Source: Octopus sinensis (taxonomy: Eukaryota). From it: 64,000 nt of DNA. The position numbers and the translations under genes were made by a program. The notes beneath the pieces were generated by a model. The model worked only from the letters and a program-made list of their open reading frames with translations, was not told the origin of the DNA and did not search any database. Each line of letters opens with the position of its first letter. Position 1 is the stretch's first letter. The stretch is from positions 91,822,001 through 91,886,000 of the forward strand of contig NC_043004.1 in the NCBI RefSeq assembly GCF_006345805.1. The letters run 5' to 3'. This document shows positions 37,134 to 53,805 of the stretch, one piece after another.

Positions 37134-37331
37134 CAGTAACTTGAACTTCACAAATGTGGAGATAACTTGAAAAATCTGATACACGCTGGATCATAACATA
37201 ACGAGCGATTGCAGCACATTTTACAGAATAGATGCTCCCTCTCGCCTTTTCTGATACTCCTGAACACTCGGAGTTGGTGTTTAAATATGTGGCACGGAAA
37301 GCGAACACTTTGTAATCTTTTGAAAATTCAT
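37134..37331 (-). CDS. Exon 3 of FTP-PAN gene: C-terminal half of the F-type lectin domain
   Basis: Acceptor TCTTCAG|AT, donor ACTG|GTATAG, 198 nt, phase 1-1; YSVKCAAIARYVMIQR..YLHICEVQVTG. Confidence 0.85.
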
Positions 37332-37360
37332 CTGAAGATATATATTGAAAATAATATATA

Positions 37361-37412
<52 letters not shown>

Positions 37413-37431
37413 CAAAGTGTACGTACGTCGC

Positions 37432-37461
<30 letters not shown>

Positions 37462-37462
<1 letters not shown>

Positions 37463-37900
37463 CAAAATGGGACAAGAACGCAAAACATCCGGACAACTAG
37501 GTGATACAAAAAGGGACAACAAAACATCCAGGTAGACTATACAAAAAAATACAAGGACGGGTCAATCGAAGCTTTCTATCCTCAGTCAAGAACCAGATCA
37601 TCCTCACAATTTCGGCTGATTAATCTTGAGATTGCTCCAATCTGGCCATCTTCAAGGAAAAACTAAGCTAAGAGCATTAGATTCCTTGGAAGAAAGCATC
37701 GATTGTATACAAAAACAAGGACGGAGAAACAGACAATGTTAAACAAATATAAATACAACATAAATACAATAAAAATAATAATAACAGGACAAAACAACAG
37801 GTGTCTTTCGACCGGGGACGAATTGAATTAAGCTGGCGTGTGTGGAAATGCAGCCTTACGGCAGAGATACAAAGAAAATAACAAACAGCAGATGTTAACA
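37462..37900. repeat. Dispersed repeat, second copy of 18235-18660
   Basis: Shared sequence blocks; adjacent to (TA)n. Confidence 0.75.
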
Positions 37901-37924
37901 TAAAGCTAAAGATCAGCAAAATAT

Positions 37925-38145
37925 AATACCTACGCTGAACTGTTGGGAGATCTACAGTTACTCTATCCAGGTTACAAGTTCGGGTTTATACCTGCAATTA
38001 CTGGCGCACTGGGAATGTAATGTACTGCCTAAATATCAAACTTGGGAAATTAGGCTTCTCAAAACCAGAAAAGAGGAACCTAATTCGAAGACTACAGAAC
38101 CAAGCCATCACTGGAACTTTAAAAATTTATGCGCATGTCTAGACA
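37925..38145 (+). mobile_element. RLE-type (R2/R4/NeSL-group) LINE 3' fragment
   Basis: YAELL..RFIPAITGALG..LGKLGFSKP; homologous to 56340-56765. Confidence 0.65.
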
Positions 38146-38399
38146 TACAACTATGTGCATGAGAATACATACACAAAACAAAACATACAATTCTGAATAT
38201 GCACTGACTCAAAATACTGCGCATATACACACATACATGCAAAAATACCCTGTTAATTTTGTTGTAATTCCAATGAAGGAGCCTCGGATCTAGGTTAGAA
38301 ACCGGCTCTTTCTCCATTATCTTCAAATTCTCCATTATCTTCAAATAAAACTGAATATTCACACGCACACACACAAACGCACACACATTCATAAGTTGT

Positions 38400-38434
38400 C
38401 TGTCTGTCTATCTGTCTTTCTGTCTTTCTATCTG

Positions 38435-38510
<76 letters not shown>

Positions 38511-38556
38511 CGTAAATATGTGCGTGTATATGTATTTGTGCGTAGATAGATTGATA

Positions 38557-38619
<63 letters not shown>

Positions 38620-38634
38620 ATATCTATCTATCTA

Positions 38635-38665
<31 letters not shown>

Positions 38666-38745
38666 ACTATCTATCTATCTATCTATCTCTATCTATCTAT
38701 CTATATATATATATATATATATATTATATATTATATATATATATA
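38400..38745. repeat. (TCTA)n/(TA)n microsatellite
   Basis: Direct inspection. Confidence 0.9.
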
Positions 38746-38821
38746 TAATAAATATTAGGGAATAAATCCAAATTTACAGGAAAATCAGATTTAACTTAAA
38801 ATAGAATAGAAGATCTGAAAT

Positions 38822-38867
38822 CCACCTGATGAATGTCCTGAGAAGAGACATGAAACAATTGTAGTGG
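38822..38867 (+). ncRNA. Minimal type I hammerhead ribozyme in an insert of about 220 bp between (TA)n tracts
   Basis: CCAC-CTGATGA-ATGTC(CTGAGAAGA)GACAT-GAAA-CAATTG-TA-GTGG: complete core, helix I 4 bp, helix II 5 bp, palindromic helix III. Confidence 0.8.
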
Positions 38868-38977
38868 CGAATATAATTTTATTTAATTTATATTAAAATT
38901 GTTTTATGTATTGGATTAAGTCTTTCTTTGTTTGATTTGCAAAATAGTGGTTTTGTCTCTAATTAATATTATATATA

Positions 38978-39022
<45 letters not shown>

Positions 39023-39024
39023 AT

Positions 39025-39066
<42 letters not shown>

Positions 39067-39166
39067 GGATAGGAAAAGAGAGAGATAAAGACCAAGATTG
39101 AGAGGCAGAGAAAAAGATACAGAAAGAATGAAAGAAAGAAAATACAAGAGAGAAAACGAGAGAGAG

Positions 39167-39207
<41 letters not shown>

Positions 39208-39245
39208 GTAAAGTAGATATAGAAAAAGATGGAGGATTTACTTAC

Positions 39246-39449
39246 AGCTTCCGTCAAGATATACAGTAACTAAATCAATTTTGTGAGCGACTCCCAAGTC
39301 AACAATCCACCACGGATCCTTCATGTAATTCGTTTGGCTGCATGGTTCTATGCCGTTCGTCTTGCCATCTATAGCAAGCTGGGCACCATGCTTATAGGCC
39401 ACGCTACTTTGTTGTACTGGTTTTCCTTGTGCAATGTTGTTGCCCGCAG
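39246..39449 (-). CDS. Exon 2 of FTP-PAN gene: N-terminal half of the F-type lectin (FTP/fucolectin-like) domain
   Basis: Acceptor (T)nCCAG|CT, donor T|GTAAGT, 204 nt, phase 1-1; NIAQGKPVQQSS..AQLAIDG..CSQT..DPWWIVDLG. Confidence 0.9.
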
Positions 39450-39544
39450 CTGGAAAAAAAAAGAAACAAAAATATTGAGAAAAATTTCCTACACTATAAA
39501 GCACATCATCATCATCATCATTATCATCGTCATCATCGTCAAGA

Positions 39545-39910
39545 TCCCTTGTCAGATGCAACCAGCCGTTGGGGTGTCACTCTAGATGCTTTCATAATCA
39601 GTCGTCACAACTGGTCTCTGACCTGTGTCATGCTCAGCAGGTTCACTGTGCTCTGACCTGTGTCATGCTCAGCAGGTTCACTGTGCTCTGACCTGTGTCA
39701 TGCTCAGCAGGTTCACTGTGCTCTGACCTGTCCAGTCCTTGATGTTATCAAGCCAGGATTTTCTCCGTCTTATCTGCCTCTCTTTCACCTTCCCTCATCT
39801 GTGTCATGAAGAATGGTTTGGGACAGAGAGTTGTGGAAGGATACATGACCGTGTTAGAGAAGCTTCCGTCATTTTTACCTATGCAAGGAGTGATTCCTGT
39901 CTGCCAGCCT
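39545..39910 (-). mobile_element. RTE-clade LINE 3' fragment with (ATG)n tail
   Basis: RRKSWLDNIKDWTG motif, followed on the minus strand by 3' UTR and the (CAT)n array. Confidence 0.65.
39616..39730. repeat. 35-bp tandem repeat, 3.3 identical copies
   Basis: CTCTGACCTGTGTCATGCTCAGCAGGTTCACTGTG at 39616, 39651 and 39686, partial at 39721. Confidence 0.92.
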
Positions 39911-41130
39911 ATTTTTGACTTGCTCTCTTAGATGAATCAATGAATAAGCACCATTCAGCTGAAACATGCTCTTGGAACAAATAGCGAAATAACTCATCAG
40001 TGTTATTACTGAAACTAAGTGGTCCATCGACAGAGAAGCATGAAGTCAGATCCCTATTTCTCTTTCTTAAATAAGTAATACAAACATCTTTCTTAAACAG
40101 ACACTTTTCTTTTTTTGACTTGCCGTGATCAGCCCCGGTCTAGCAGATCAAGGTCATCTTATCCAAAATATGGTTGTAGTTGTTATCTAATCATAGATAA
40201 GTTCTTACCGAGCAGGCCTAAATCACCTTATCTGAAAGCTGTTTGTGCAGTTATTGTTCTCTTTCACTCATAGTTCAGCCATGATCGAACAAACCTAGAG
40301 CCAAACACGATCTGACAGTCTATTTTAGTGTTATCTAGACACAAATTATCTAATGTGACCCCCGCCTTTTCAAAAAGACAGCAGAGTGTGCTTTGAGAAA
40401 AATTCATCTATTATTTCTTGTAGGTCTTTCTATTGCGTAAAGGGCTCTTCGTCGGCTGAGAAATTTAGAAAGACAGATGAATGGAAAACGATGTGTAGAT
40501 GCAAAAGATAGGTATGAATACACGCACACGCACACACACATACATATCTATATATGTGTGTGTATCAATATATTTATATATTTATATATATTTGTATGTA
40601 TGTGAGTAAACGTATGTACGTATATGCGTACGTGCGTGTGTATGATGTATGTATGTGCGTATGTATGTAAGTATGTATGTATGTATGTATGTATGTATGT
40701 ATGTATGTATGTATGTATGTATGTATTTATGTATGTAAGTATGTATGTATGTGTTTGATCTACATCTTGTCCTGGGTATGACTTTAAGCTGCATCCAGTA
40801 TTGGGCCCTTGTTCGGGAGCTCCAATGTTTTGAGATGTGTCGAACCACATCTTAGTTGCCATTTGAACTCAGATCCGGACTTGTGGCACCTGTCAGGATC
40901 CTAGTTATGGACTAATTAGTAAGTTAGTCGGGAAAACAGAGCTTTTAATCCAGGAAGTGAGGGGAACCCGTCTTGAGGAAAGGGAACCCTGATTCCAAAC
41001 CTCCGCTGAGAGAGGCTTCGAGAGTAAACCCTATTGAAAAATCGCGAGTCGGACCTCTTGGGAAAGTTCGACGTTGTCTACTACCTCGTTCTGCGACGAT
41101 GCTGGTGCCAAACTGTTAGGAGCATGCTGT

Positions 41131-41266
41131 TGCTTTGGAGTCATCAGTGCTTGGAGTCATCAGTGCTTTGGAGTTATCAGTGCTTTGGAGTCATCAGTGC
41201 TCTGGAGTCATCAGTGCTTTGGAGTCATCAGTGCTCTGGAGTCATCAGTGCTTTGGAGTCATAAGT
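41131..41266. repeat. 17-bp minisatellite (TGCTTTGGAGTCATCAG), about 8 copies
   Basis: Direct inspection; no spacers. Confidence 0.92.
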
Positions 41267-41269
41267 GGG

Positions 41270-41460
41270 TACACGCTGCATGGGCAACAGCCTGTCCTCC
41301 ATAACATACTATCAAACACCCTATACTGGAAAGATGAAGAACATTACTACTCAAAGAGCACTGGAAACAACTCACAAGTGTGGCTTGTGTGACCGAGACT
41401 GCTATTCGTGCATCGGATCGTTCAATCACAGACAACGTTTGTTCAACGGCAGACAACTAG
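41270..41460 (+). mobile_element. RTE-type LINE C-terminal zinc-finger fragment
   Basis: HKCGLCDRDCYSCIGSFNHRQR resembles the CxxCxRxCxSRIGLxSH motif. Confidence 0.55.
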
Positions 41461-41504
41461 GACCTTAAGCCTTAGCCATTAATAACAGATGCGGACCTCA
41501 ATAA

Positions 41505-41778
<274 letters not shown>

Positions 41779-42045
41779 GCATGTTGACAGATATGTGTTC
41801 TCACTGTGATCTATAATTTACAGATTATCGACATGCGCGCTGTCGCAGTAATTCGGCGAATCAAACAATAATTTAGTACTATAAAATACATGAAAGTAGC
41901 AACTACATATAAGATAATCAACGAAACATAAAGTCAAGATAGAAAAAAGTAAATTAATGTACACAGAAAAAAGGGAAGCGTTTTTAACAGCGACGACGAC
42001 GACGACAACGACGACGACAAAGGTGATTCCAAATTCTGCCCTTAC

Positions 42046-42097
42046 CAATATAGCCTTGGACCAAGACTACAAGAAGGAATAAAACACGCAGCATCAT
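42046..42097 (-). CDS. Exon 1 of FTP-PAN gene: signal peptide
   Basis: ATG ATG CTG CGT..TAT ATT G|GTAAGG = MMLRVLFLLVVLVQGYI; hydrophobic; the phase 1 donor fits exon 2. Confidence 0.75.
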
Positions 42098-42135
42098 TCT
42101 TTATAGGCTGTTCTTTTTACCATAGAAATATTCCA

Positions 42136-42175
42136 AAATGACTTCAGCTTTTGTTAAGACATGTCTTCATTTATA
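42136..42175 (-). promoter_or_regulatory. Possible TATA box (TATAAAT 42175-42169) and Inr-like TCATTT
   Basis: Motifs lie 40-80 nt upstream of the ATG; TATA-Inr spacing (about 36 nt) is longer than usual. Confidence 0.25.
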
Positions 42176-42304
42176 ATCATCATCGATCGAAGATCAATAA
42201 GGTCGTTATAATATTGATGTTAAAGACCATTATGTCAATACATCTATGTAACCATCCACCCATCCATCCATCCATCCATCCATCCATCAATCGCTTGGCC
42301 TCTA

Positions 42305-42394
42305 AACACACGCACACACACACATACACACTCACACAAAATAAACATATATATGTATATACAAGTTCATACATACAGAAGTGTATATATATAT

Positions 42395-42446
<52 letters not shown>

Positions 42447-42516
42447 CATATATACATAAATATATACATACACACATATATATATATACACATACATATA
42501 TACATATATGTATGTA

Positions 42517-42547
<31 letters not shown>

Positions 42548-42650
42548 CTTATATATATATATACATACATACATATATATACGCACACATACATATATAT
42601 GCACACACATACATATATACATAAAATACACTCACACACACACACACATA
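42305..42650. repeat. (TA)n/(CA)n compound microsatellite
   Basis: Direct inspection. Confidence 0.9.
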
Positions 42651-43547
42651 TATTAGGTCCTGGTAGAGTATAAAGGTAGGGTAATTCCAGACAAACGCTC
42701 AACCCAAGTTTTGGAATTTAGACAAATACCGAAATTCTTCAAATGTAGGAAATCCTAATTTCACGACAGTAAAACTAGGATTATATATATATACACGCAC
42801 ACATACCTAATAAATACTCACATACAAATGTACATAGATGACGACGACGGTGATGACGATGGCTCTCCATTCGTTACCAAAGACGACCGTCAATGACAAT
42901 TAAGAGAACTGTACACTCAGAAAAATTTATACTTTACGCTTTTCCTCTATGTGGCAGAAAATTGGACAAGGTTGCTATCTTCTCGTTTACTGTGTACAAT
43001 GTACACAGTAAACGAAAATAAGATAGCGACCTTTGGGATAGGGATCTTTCACAGGTCGGGCAGAATAAGCTGGAAAGACGGTAATAAAAGTTGCAGCACT
43101 AAAGGAGCTGTAAGTTAAAAAAAAACCTATTGGGAGAATCAATACCACAAAGCTATCGTGCCATGACCACCTGACAGGAAGTGTGAAAGGGTAAAGAGCA
43201 AGTGGCCGTCAAAGACGTTTGTAGACTAGCATCAAAGAATGAACTGGAAATAAGAGCGTGGCGGTCTGTAGTATGCAGTGCAACGCAGAGAGAACTGGAG
43301 TATTGACAAGTCGATCACCTACACATAGGCTTGGCACCTAATTGGTGGCTGTTGATTGTACTATAAAGGGTAGAGGTAGAAATAATTTATACAAGATCGC
43401 CCTATGGTTAATCTTCTGGCATTAGAGTTTCATAAAATATTTCATATAATTCTGTGAAAACAGGGAAAACGGCTACTGCTCTACCAATCTTATTTAGCCT
43501 CTATTCGTTAGTGATCGGGGTAGTGTGGATCAGGTTTCATTTCTCTT

Positions 43548-43778
43548 AGCCGGCGAGCTGATAGAAACATTAGCACGCCGGGCGAAATGTTTAGCAACAT
43601 TTCGTCTGCCGCTACGTTCTGAGTTCAAATTCCGCCGAGGTCGACTTTGCCTTTCATCCTTTCGGGGTCGATTAAATAAGTACCAGTTACGCACTGGGGT
43701 CGATGTAATCGACTTAATCCGTTTGTCTGTCCTTGTGTGTCCCCTCTGTGTTTAGCCCCTTGTGGGTAGTAAAGAAAT
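43548..43778 (+). mobile_element. Full-length SINE family M with Tx1-like tail
   Basis: Flanked by the 16-bp duplication AGGTTTCATTTCTCTT (43532-43547 and 43779-43794). Confidence 0.93.
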
Positions 43779-44098
43779 AGGTTTCATTTCTCTTTAGCAA
43801 TCATGAATTACAAACGTTTCATTTGTACGTAAATGATGTTGAGTTGATTAGAAGCCAATTCATATTACATGTAGTGTCAGGCTGAATACTTTTAAAAAAA
43901 ATAGTATCGTGTAGTTTATTGTGGCGTAGTTAAAAGCTCGCTTTGAAACAGCGAAATTTAAAATTCAATCATTCTGTGTGGCATCTTACTCAAGCGTCTT
44001 CTACCATTGTTTCGAGTCGACCTGTGCTTCGTGATTCGAAATATGCTGACGGAAGCCGTTTGCAAACAGTCCTTGAGACCGTTTGTGCTATTGGATAA

Positions 44099-46702
44099 CA
44101 CTGGTCAACAGCCAATTTTCATCAGGGATATTATATGGTGTGTTATATGTAGTTTTGTCCGCAGATTTCAAAAATGTAATCGGTTTCCTTCTATCAGTCA
44201 CAGTTTTTCTGATGAGTTAACAGAGGTATATAACTCCCATCAGCGGTATCGCTACATGTAAACGTCTTATACAGGTAAATTCTGACTTTTGTTTTATAAC
44301 TATTTGTATTCATTTTGTAATTTTATGTTTTCATAATCTTTTCTTTTCATAAATTTTACTTTCTGTTTAAGGTGCCAAGTCATCATCATCATCAAATTCC
44401 ACTCAGGATGTCAAGGCATTGCAAGAACAGTCCTGATATATTTTGTCATGTCTGTGGTTCATTTACCACCAAAGCTCAGCATCGTGCCATCACAAGTGAA
44501 ATCAAGACGATCTACCAGTTATACTTTGGCTGCACTCTCGGGGATCAAGATAAGAGTTGGGCCCCACACATCATCTGCTCTGCTTGTTCAAATGGACTAA
44601 GGGATTGGCTAAATAAGAGGAAGAGAGCAATGCCGTTTGCAATACCTATGATATGGAGAGAGCCAAAGGATCATTTCATGGACTGTTATTTCTGCAACTT
44701 GGAATCAGCAAGAAGACCAGTACCACACAACGATGATGATCTTCCTATTCCAATAACACCAGAAAATGGCCTTCAGATGTCTGACGAAGATGTATTTCCT
44801 GAAGAAATGGGCTGTGAAAGACACCGAAGTGGATGCAAATTTCACGATTGGAAATGAAGACGTACCGCAGAAATTTTCTTAAGGAGAGTTAAATGATTTT
44901 GTTAGAGACTTGTCATTGTCGAAGGTTAAAGCTGAACTATTAGCATCTCGCCCACAGGAAAAGTATCTGCTTAAGATATTACTTATTTCAGGAAGAGAAA
45001 TAGGGATCTGACTTTATGCTTCTCTGTTGATGGACCACTTTGTTTCAGTAATAACACTCTTTTACACTTTTACTCTTTTACTTGTTTCAGTCATTTGACT
45101 GCGGCCATGCTGGAGTACCGCCTTTAGTAGAGCAAATCGATCCCAGGACTTATTCTTTGTAAGCCTAGTACTTATTCTCTCGGTCTCTTTTGTCGAACCG
45201 CTAAGTGACGGGGACGTAAACACACCAGCATCGGTTGTCAAGCGATGTTGGGGGAACAAACGCAGACACACAAACATATATATATATATGTATACATATA
45301 TACGACGGGCTTCTTTCAGTTTCTGTCTACCAAATCCACTCACAAGGCTTTGGTCGGCCCGAGGCTATAGTAGAAGACACTTGCCCAAGGTGCCACGCAG
45401 TGAGACTGAACCCGGAACCATGTGGTTGGTAAGCAAGCTACTTACCACACAGCCACTCCTGCGCCTATAACTGATGAGTTATTTCGCTATTTGTTTCAAG
45501 AGCATGTTTCAGCTGAATGGTGCTTATTCATTGATTCATCTAAGAGAAACCACAAGGCAGTACTACTACACAACGGCAATAAGAAACCATCCATTCCCAT
45601 AGGACATTCAGTACACGTAAAGGAGTGTTATGAAAACATGTGAGTACTCCTCAATGCCATAAAGTATACAAACTACAGCTGAAAAATATGTGGAGGCTTG
45701 AAGGTGATTGGAATGTTGATGGGAATACAATCTGGGTTCACGAAATATTGTTGCTTTTTATTCCTATGGGACAGTCGTGCAACTAACAAGTACTATGTGC
45801 AATCAGATTGGACTTTTCGAAAATCATACGGGCCAGGTGTTTCTAGCGTCCAGAGTAAACCACTTTTAAACCCATAAAATATTCTTCTTTCTCCTCTTCA
45901 CATAAAGCTTGGCCTCATGAAATAATTGCCAGGAAAAGCTCAAAAGGTTTTGAATATGTGAAAGCCAAATTTCCAAAAATCACCGAGGCAAAACTGAAGG
46001 AGGGCGTATTCATAGGTCCGCAGATAAAAGAACTCCAGAAGGACAACCACTTCCGCACAGCACTGGATGAGACTGAGCTTAAAGCCTCGGATTTCTTCAA
46101 ATGTCTCTGTGAAAATTTCCGAGGCAACAAGAGATCTCTAGAGTTTAGAAATGAAGTGAAATGTCTTCTAGACTCCTGCGCTGCAATGGGTTGTCGGATG
46201 TCACTAAAAGTCCATTTCCTTGATTCAAATCTGGACTCTTTTGCAGAGAACTTTGAAGTAGTGTCTGATGAGCAAGGGGAACGCTTTAATCAAATATTGC
46301 ATCGATGGAACAACGATATCAAGGATTTTGGAATGCAGGAATGTTAGCTGACTATTGTTGGATGTTATGCAGGGATGAACCTGAGATAAAACACCATAGA
46401 AAGTCCAAATCCCAAAGATTTTAAGCTGTTATGCATTTCAGTGTATTGTAAATTATTTGTATACAATAATTTTAATTTTGTGCAATAAAAAGCCATGAAA
46501 TTATCGTATCTTGTGTTCACTATACTTTATACAGATATGCTTTACGTATCCTATAAGTTAAAAAAGCAGGTATTATTAACATGAAAATGTGACCTGATAG
46601 AGAAAATCGGACTTCAGATTCGTAATCAGCATCAAAAATTAACCCAGGAAAGTCAATCAGCAACTCTGATTATTAAAAAAAGTTTCATTTTGTTGACCAG
46701 TG
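44099..46702 (+). mobile_element. Second Chapaev3-like DNA transposon, transposase pseudogene about 44408-46424
   Basis: Perfect 12-bp TIR CACTGGTCAACA with TAA on both sides; CKNSPDIFCHVCG, GDQDKSWAPH, FIDSSK, GFTKYCCF, LHIKLG, GPQIK, VSDEQGERF. Confidence 0.88.
45057..45468 (-). mobile_element. SINE family C (CORE-like CTTGGGCAAGTGTC block) nested in the Chapaev3-like transposase
   Basis: tRNA-like head at 45468; the transposase frame resumes after it (ITDELFRYLF..WCLFIDSSK). Confidence 0.85.
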
Positions 46703-46899
46703 TAATTGATTGAATTCCTTGATAACCCCCGTTAGATATTAAGAGCCTACAAACGTGGAAAAAAAAAAGAAAAAGAAAGGTATTCGAACCAAACAATAGA
46801 GTTTAGTGATTGATTTAGATTTCACACACACTCTAACTACTCGGAGTTTCACATTACCGACACATACATATTTATGTATATACACAGGCACACACACGC

Positions 46900-50250
<3,351 letters not shown>

Positions 50251-50602
50251 ATACAGACTTATAAATATGCACGTACGTTTGCACGACCCGTCGCCACACA
50301 CAGATACCTCCTCCCCACACATACAAACATACACGCATACTCAAAGAAACAGAGAGACAGGTAGTGTAAAGTGTGTAAATAACACATGAAAGAACGTATT
50401 AAAACAAAAACAAAAAAAAAAAAGGTTCAATAAAACCTGCACAATAGATTCAGAAAAGAATCAATGTGAGTTTATTCAGAGCAATACTTATGGTATAATT
50501 CCCTACAACTCTTGAGGAAACCGAACAAAGACTGTGTCAATATATTGTCTGAATCCGCTATGAATATGCTTGGGTAAGCGTTTGTGTGTGCAAATGTGTG
50601 TG

Positions 50603-50647
<45 letters not shown>

Positions 50648-50881
50648 GTGTTGAGACTTTGTGGTACAGATTTGAACTCAAAGTGAGTCAGTGAAATTCA
50701 CTCTGAAACCCTTCAAACTCAGCTTTGGGTCCTGCGCTTCGCACAGCCAGCGTCGTTGTAAATTTCCTTCGTCGGACTCCCTTCAATTTAATTTGATTAG
50801 GTATTGGCTATGTAGGGGCTTTTATTGCTATCGCTTTATCATGGCATTTTGTAGCCTAATTTTTATTTATTTATTCGCCCT

Positions 50882-51180
50882 TTTCAAGCCTAGCCAGGCT
50901 CATTGGCCCGGTTTCCCGGTTTCTATGGCGTATGTGTTTCCCCCCAGCTGGACTGGACGCCAGTCCATCGCAGCGTTACTCTAGAAACAGGAAGAAAGAG
51001 TGAGAGAAAGTTGGGGCAGAAGAGTACAACAGGGGTCGCCCCCCGCCCACTGCCGGAGCCTCGTGGAGCTTTTAGGTGATTTCGCTCAATAAACACACAC
51101 AACGCCCGGTCTGAGAATCGAAACTGCGATTCTCCGACTGCGAATCCGCTGCTCTAACCACTGGGCCATTGCGCCTCCAC
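50882..51180 (-). mobile_element. SINE family R, tail c-like
   Basis: Head at 51180; TGTAGCCTAATT duplicated at 50849-50860 and 51181-51192. Confidence 0.85.
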
Positions 51181-51278
51181 TGTAGCCTAATTAGTAGCTT
51201 TAATTTTCATTTCTTTTTTGCATAGTTTCTGTTGTTAATTCTCTTTATTCTGCAAAGCTATCTTTCCTTTCAACTTTT

Positions 51279-51511
51279 TTTTTTTTTTTACTACCCACAA
51301 GGGGCTAAACGCAGAGAGGACAAACAAGGACAGACAAACGGATTAAGTCGATTATATCGACCCCAGTGCGTAACTGGTACTTATTTAATCGACCCCGAAA
51401 GGATGAAAGGCAAAGTCGACCTCGGCGGAATTTGAACTCAGAACGTAACGGCAGACGAAATACGGCTAAGCATTTCGCCCGGCGTGCTAACGATTCTGCC
51501 AGCTCGCCGCC
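51279..51511 (-). mobile_element. Full-length SINE family M with Tx1-like tail
   Basis: Flanked by the 16-bp duplication TTTCCTTTCAACTTTT (51263-51278 and 51514-51529). Confidence 0.92.
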
Positions 51512-51729
51512 TTTTTCCTTTCAACTTTTGTTTTGCGTTAGTTAGCTTTCTTGAACACAGAAAATGTTTCTTTTTGTTTTTGTTTTATTCCATTATAACA
51601 ATAACTCAGATGAAAATCATTAACATAGGCGCAATTACGCTGCTGACAAAAGACACCGACGCAGAGGATGCCGGCGACGCTTTTAACTTTGCTAAACACA
51701 GTTTAAGATTTTGGTTAAGGTGTTACAGA

Positions 51730-52546
51730 TAATGGTTAGTGTTCATCATAAGTGGTATGGCCGGAAAGCACAAAGGTGAGCAATTTTGAACAGGTTCATA
51801 CACGACAACCTCCATCTTATGCGATACACCACAGAGAGAGATTGTGGGGGGAAAAAAACAGGCTTCAGTAGAACCCCGATCAATTTGAATCAGTCGAAAG
51901 TTTTCGATAGTCGATATTCGTTGCTTGGAAACCGTTCTCATAGCGGCCTGGTTTGGATATATTTTCAGAGGCTACACCTTGGCTATGAACAGCGTTATCT
52001 GCTCGAGGTCAAAGTAAACGGCTGCTTCTCGTGACCATTTTGCATCACCCTCTCGGTCCGACAGTACTTGCCACTCTTAACTCTTGTATACATGCTACAG
52101 TCACTATCGCTGAAGTTTGAAGGGCTTCATTTATGAACTGAGACCTGGAAGAGCCTCGACAGCATATACGGATAATATCACTGTCAAGGCGTCGGATGCG
52201 AACCAGGCGAAATTGGTCGGCAATATTCTCAAAGAATGCAAGTCTTGGAAGGGGTTATGGTCAACCCGCACAAGTCAGTGTCTTGTGGCACGGCACCTGG
52301 AGAAGCAACTTCATTCCGGCGAACAGCGTTGTGGTACAGCTTTTGCTATTTAAACGGGGTGAATGCGTTTCTGGCCGAGCGGTCCATCAAACCGCCCGTT
52401 CCCGCTTCAAGTCCTGACTGTTGATGCGCAAACACGTAGTGGATGAACGGATGTGGTCACCGTTTGCAAGGTACGTCTTTCTGCAGTTCGTCTCCTTGGC
52501 AGTGCTGCAGTTCTGGGTAAAGCAAAGACAGTGACCGAATAGTAGC

Positions 52547-52597
<51 letters not shown>

Positions 52598-52659
52598 TAG
52601 TAGCAGCAGCAGCAGTAGTAGTAGTAGTAGTAGTAGTAATAGTAGTAATAGTAGTAGAG

Positions 52660-52693
<34 letters not shown>

Positions 52694-53150
52694 AATCGCT
52701 ATCACTACACTAGTAATGAGCAAGGGTAGCCGCAACAGTGAAGGCAAAGATAACAGTAGAGGCAGCAACTAGAAAAATATCACCTACTGGTGATACAAGA
52801 AACTTTTTGAGTTAGTCCAAGTGGAAAAAGAACAAAAAAAAAGCTTAGATCAATTAAAAGCCTTCGATTGGGTCAACTAGCAATACTTGGTGGCTGTTCT
52901 CAAAACAGATAGTTTTAGGCTCATTTTCAAGGGCTGGATCGCTGCAATATACATCGATATTTTTTCGGTGGTCTGTGTAAAATAGCTATCTATCGGTGAT
53001 AGATTAAATTTGACACTCGGTTTAATACATCCATCATCATTTTCAGTATTAAACCCTTACGTACTTTTAGCGAAGTTAAATTCTTTTGCCAAAATTCTTG
53101 CCAGGTCACCGGGCTAAGGATAACGCTGATCCTTCCCTCACAACCGCCTA
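51730..53150. mobile_element. Scrambled, degenerate Tx1-type RT fragments, interrupted by (GTA)n at 52543-52692
   Basis: NLHLMRYTTER..LNQSKVFD, TAYTDNITV and LDQLKAFDWV resemble ORF2 of the 5393-10728 element. Confidence 0.65.
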
Positions 53151-53224
53151 AGGTCCTAAAACGATTCATAGGTTAATGCGTCTTGGTCTTTTTCTTCGCA
53201 TTAATCAACACACACATACGTCTT

Positions 53225-53480
53225 TTAGTCTTTTAGTATTTTACTTGTTTCAGTCATTTGACTGCGGCCATGTTGGAGCACCGCCTTTTAGACGAGCAAA
53301 TCGACCCCAGGACTTATTCTTTGTAAGCCTAGTACTTATTCTATCGGTCTCTTTTGCCGAACCGCTAAGTGACGGGGACGTAGACGCACCAGCACCGAGG
53401 CTATAGTAGAAGACACTTGCTGAAGGTGCCACACAGTGGGAATGAACCCGGAACCATGTGGTTGGTAAGCAAGCTACTTA
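53225..53480 (-). mobile_element. SINE family C, internally deleted
   Basis: Matches blocks of 45057-45468. Confidence 0.75.
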
Positions 53481-53592
53481 ATTATTTTTTTATATATAAT
53501 CGTATACATAAATATATACATATACATACGCACAAACACCATACATATATATCCAAATACATACATAGGCAGAAATATACTCAGAAACATAT

Positions 53593-53662
<70 letters not shown>

Positions 53663-53738
53663 TATATATATATATATATATATAATTATATATTATATAT
53701 ATATATATAATATATATATATATATTATATATATATAT

Positions 53739-53802
<64 letters not shown>

Positions 53803-53805
<3 letters not shown>

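Noticed and set aside
41131-41266. CRISPR-like look of the 17-bp repeat (and the 35-bp repeat at 39616)
   Set aside because: Units are contiguous with no unique spacers, the context is eukaryotic, and there are no cas genes.
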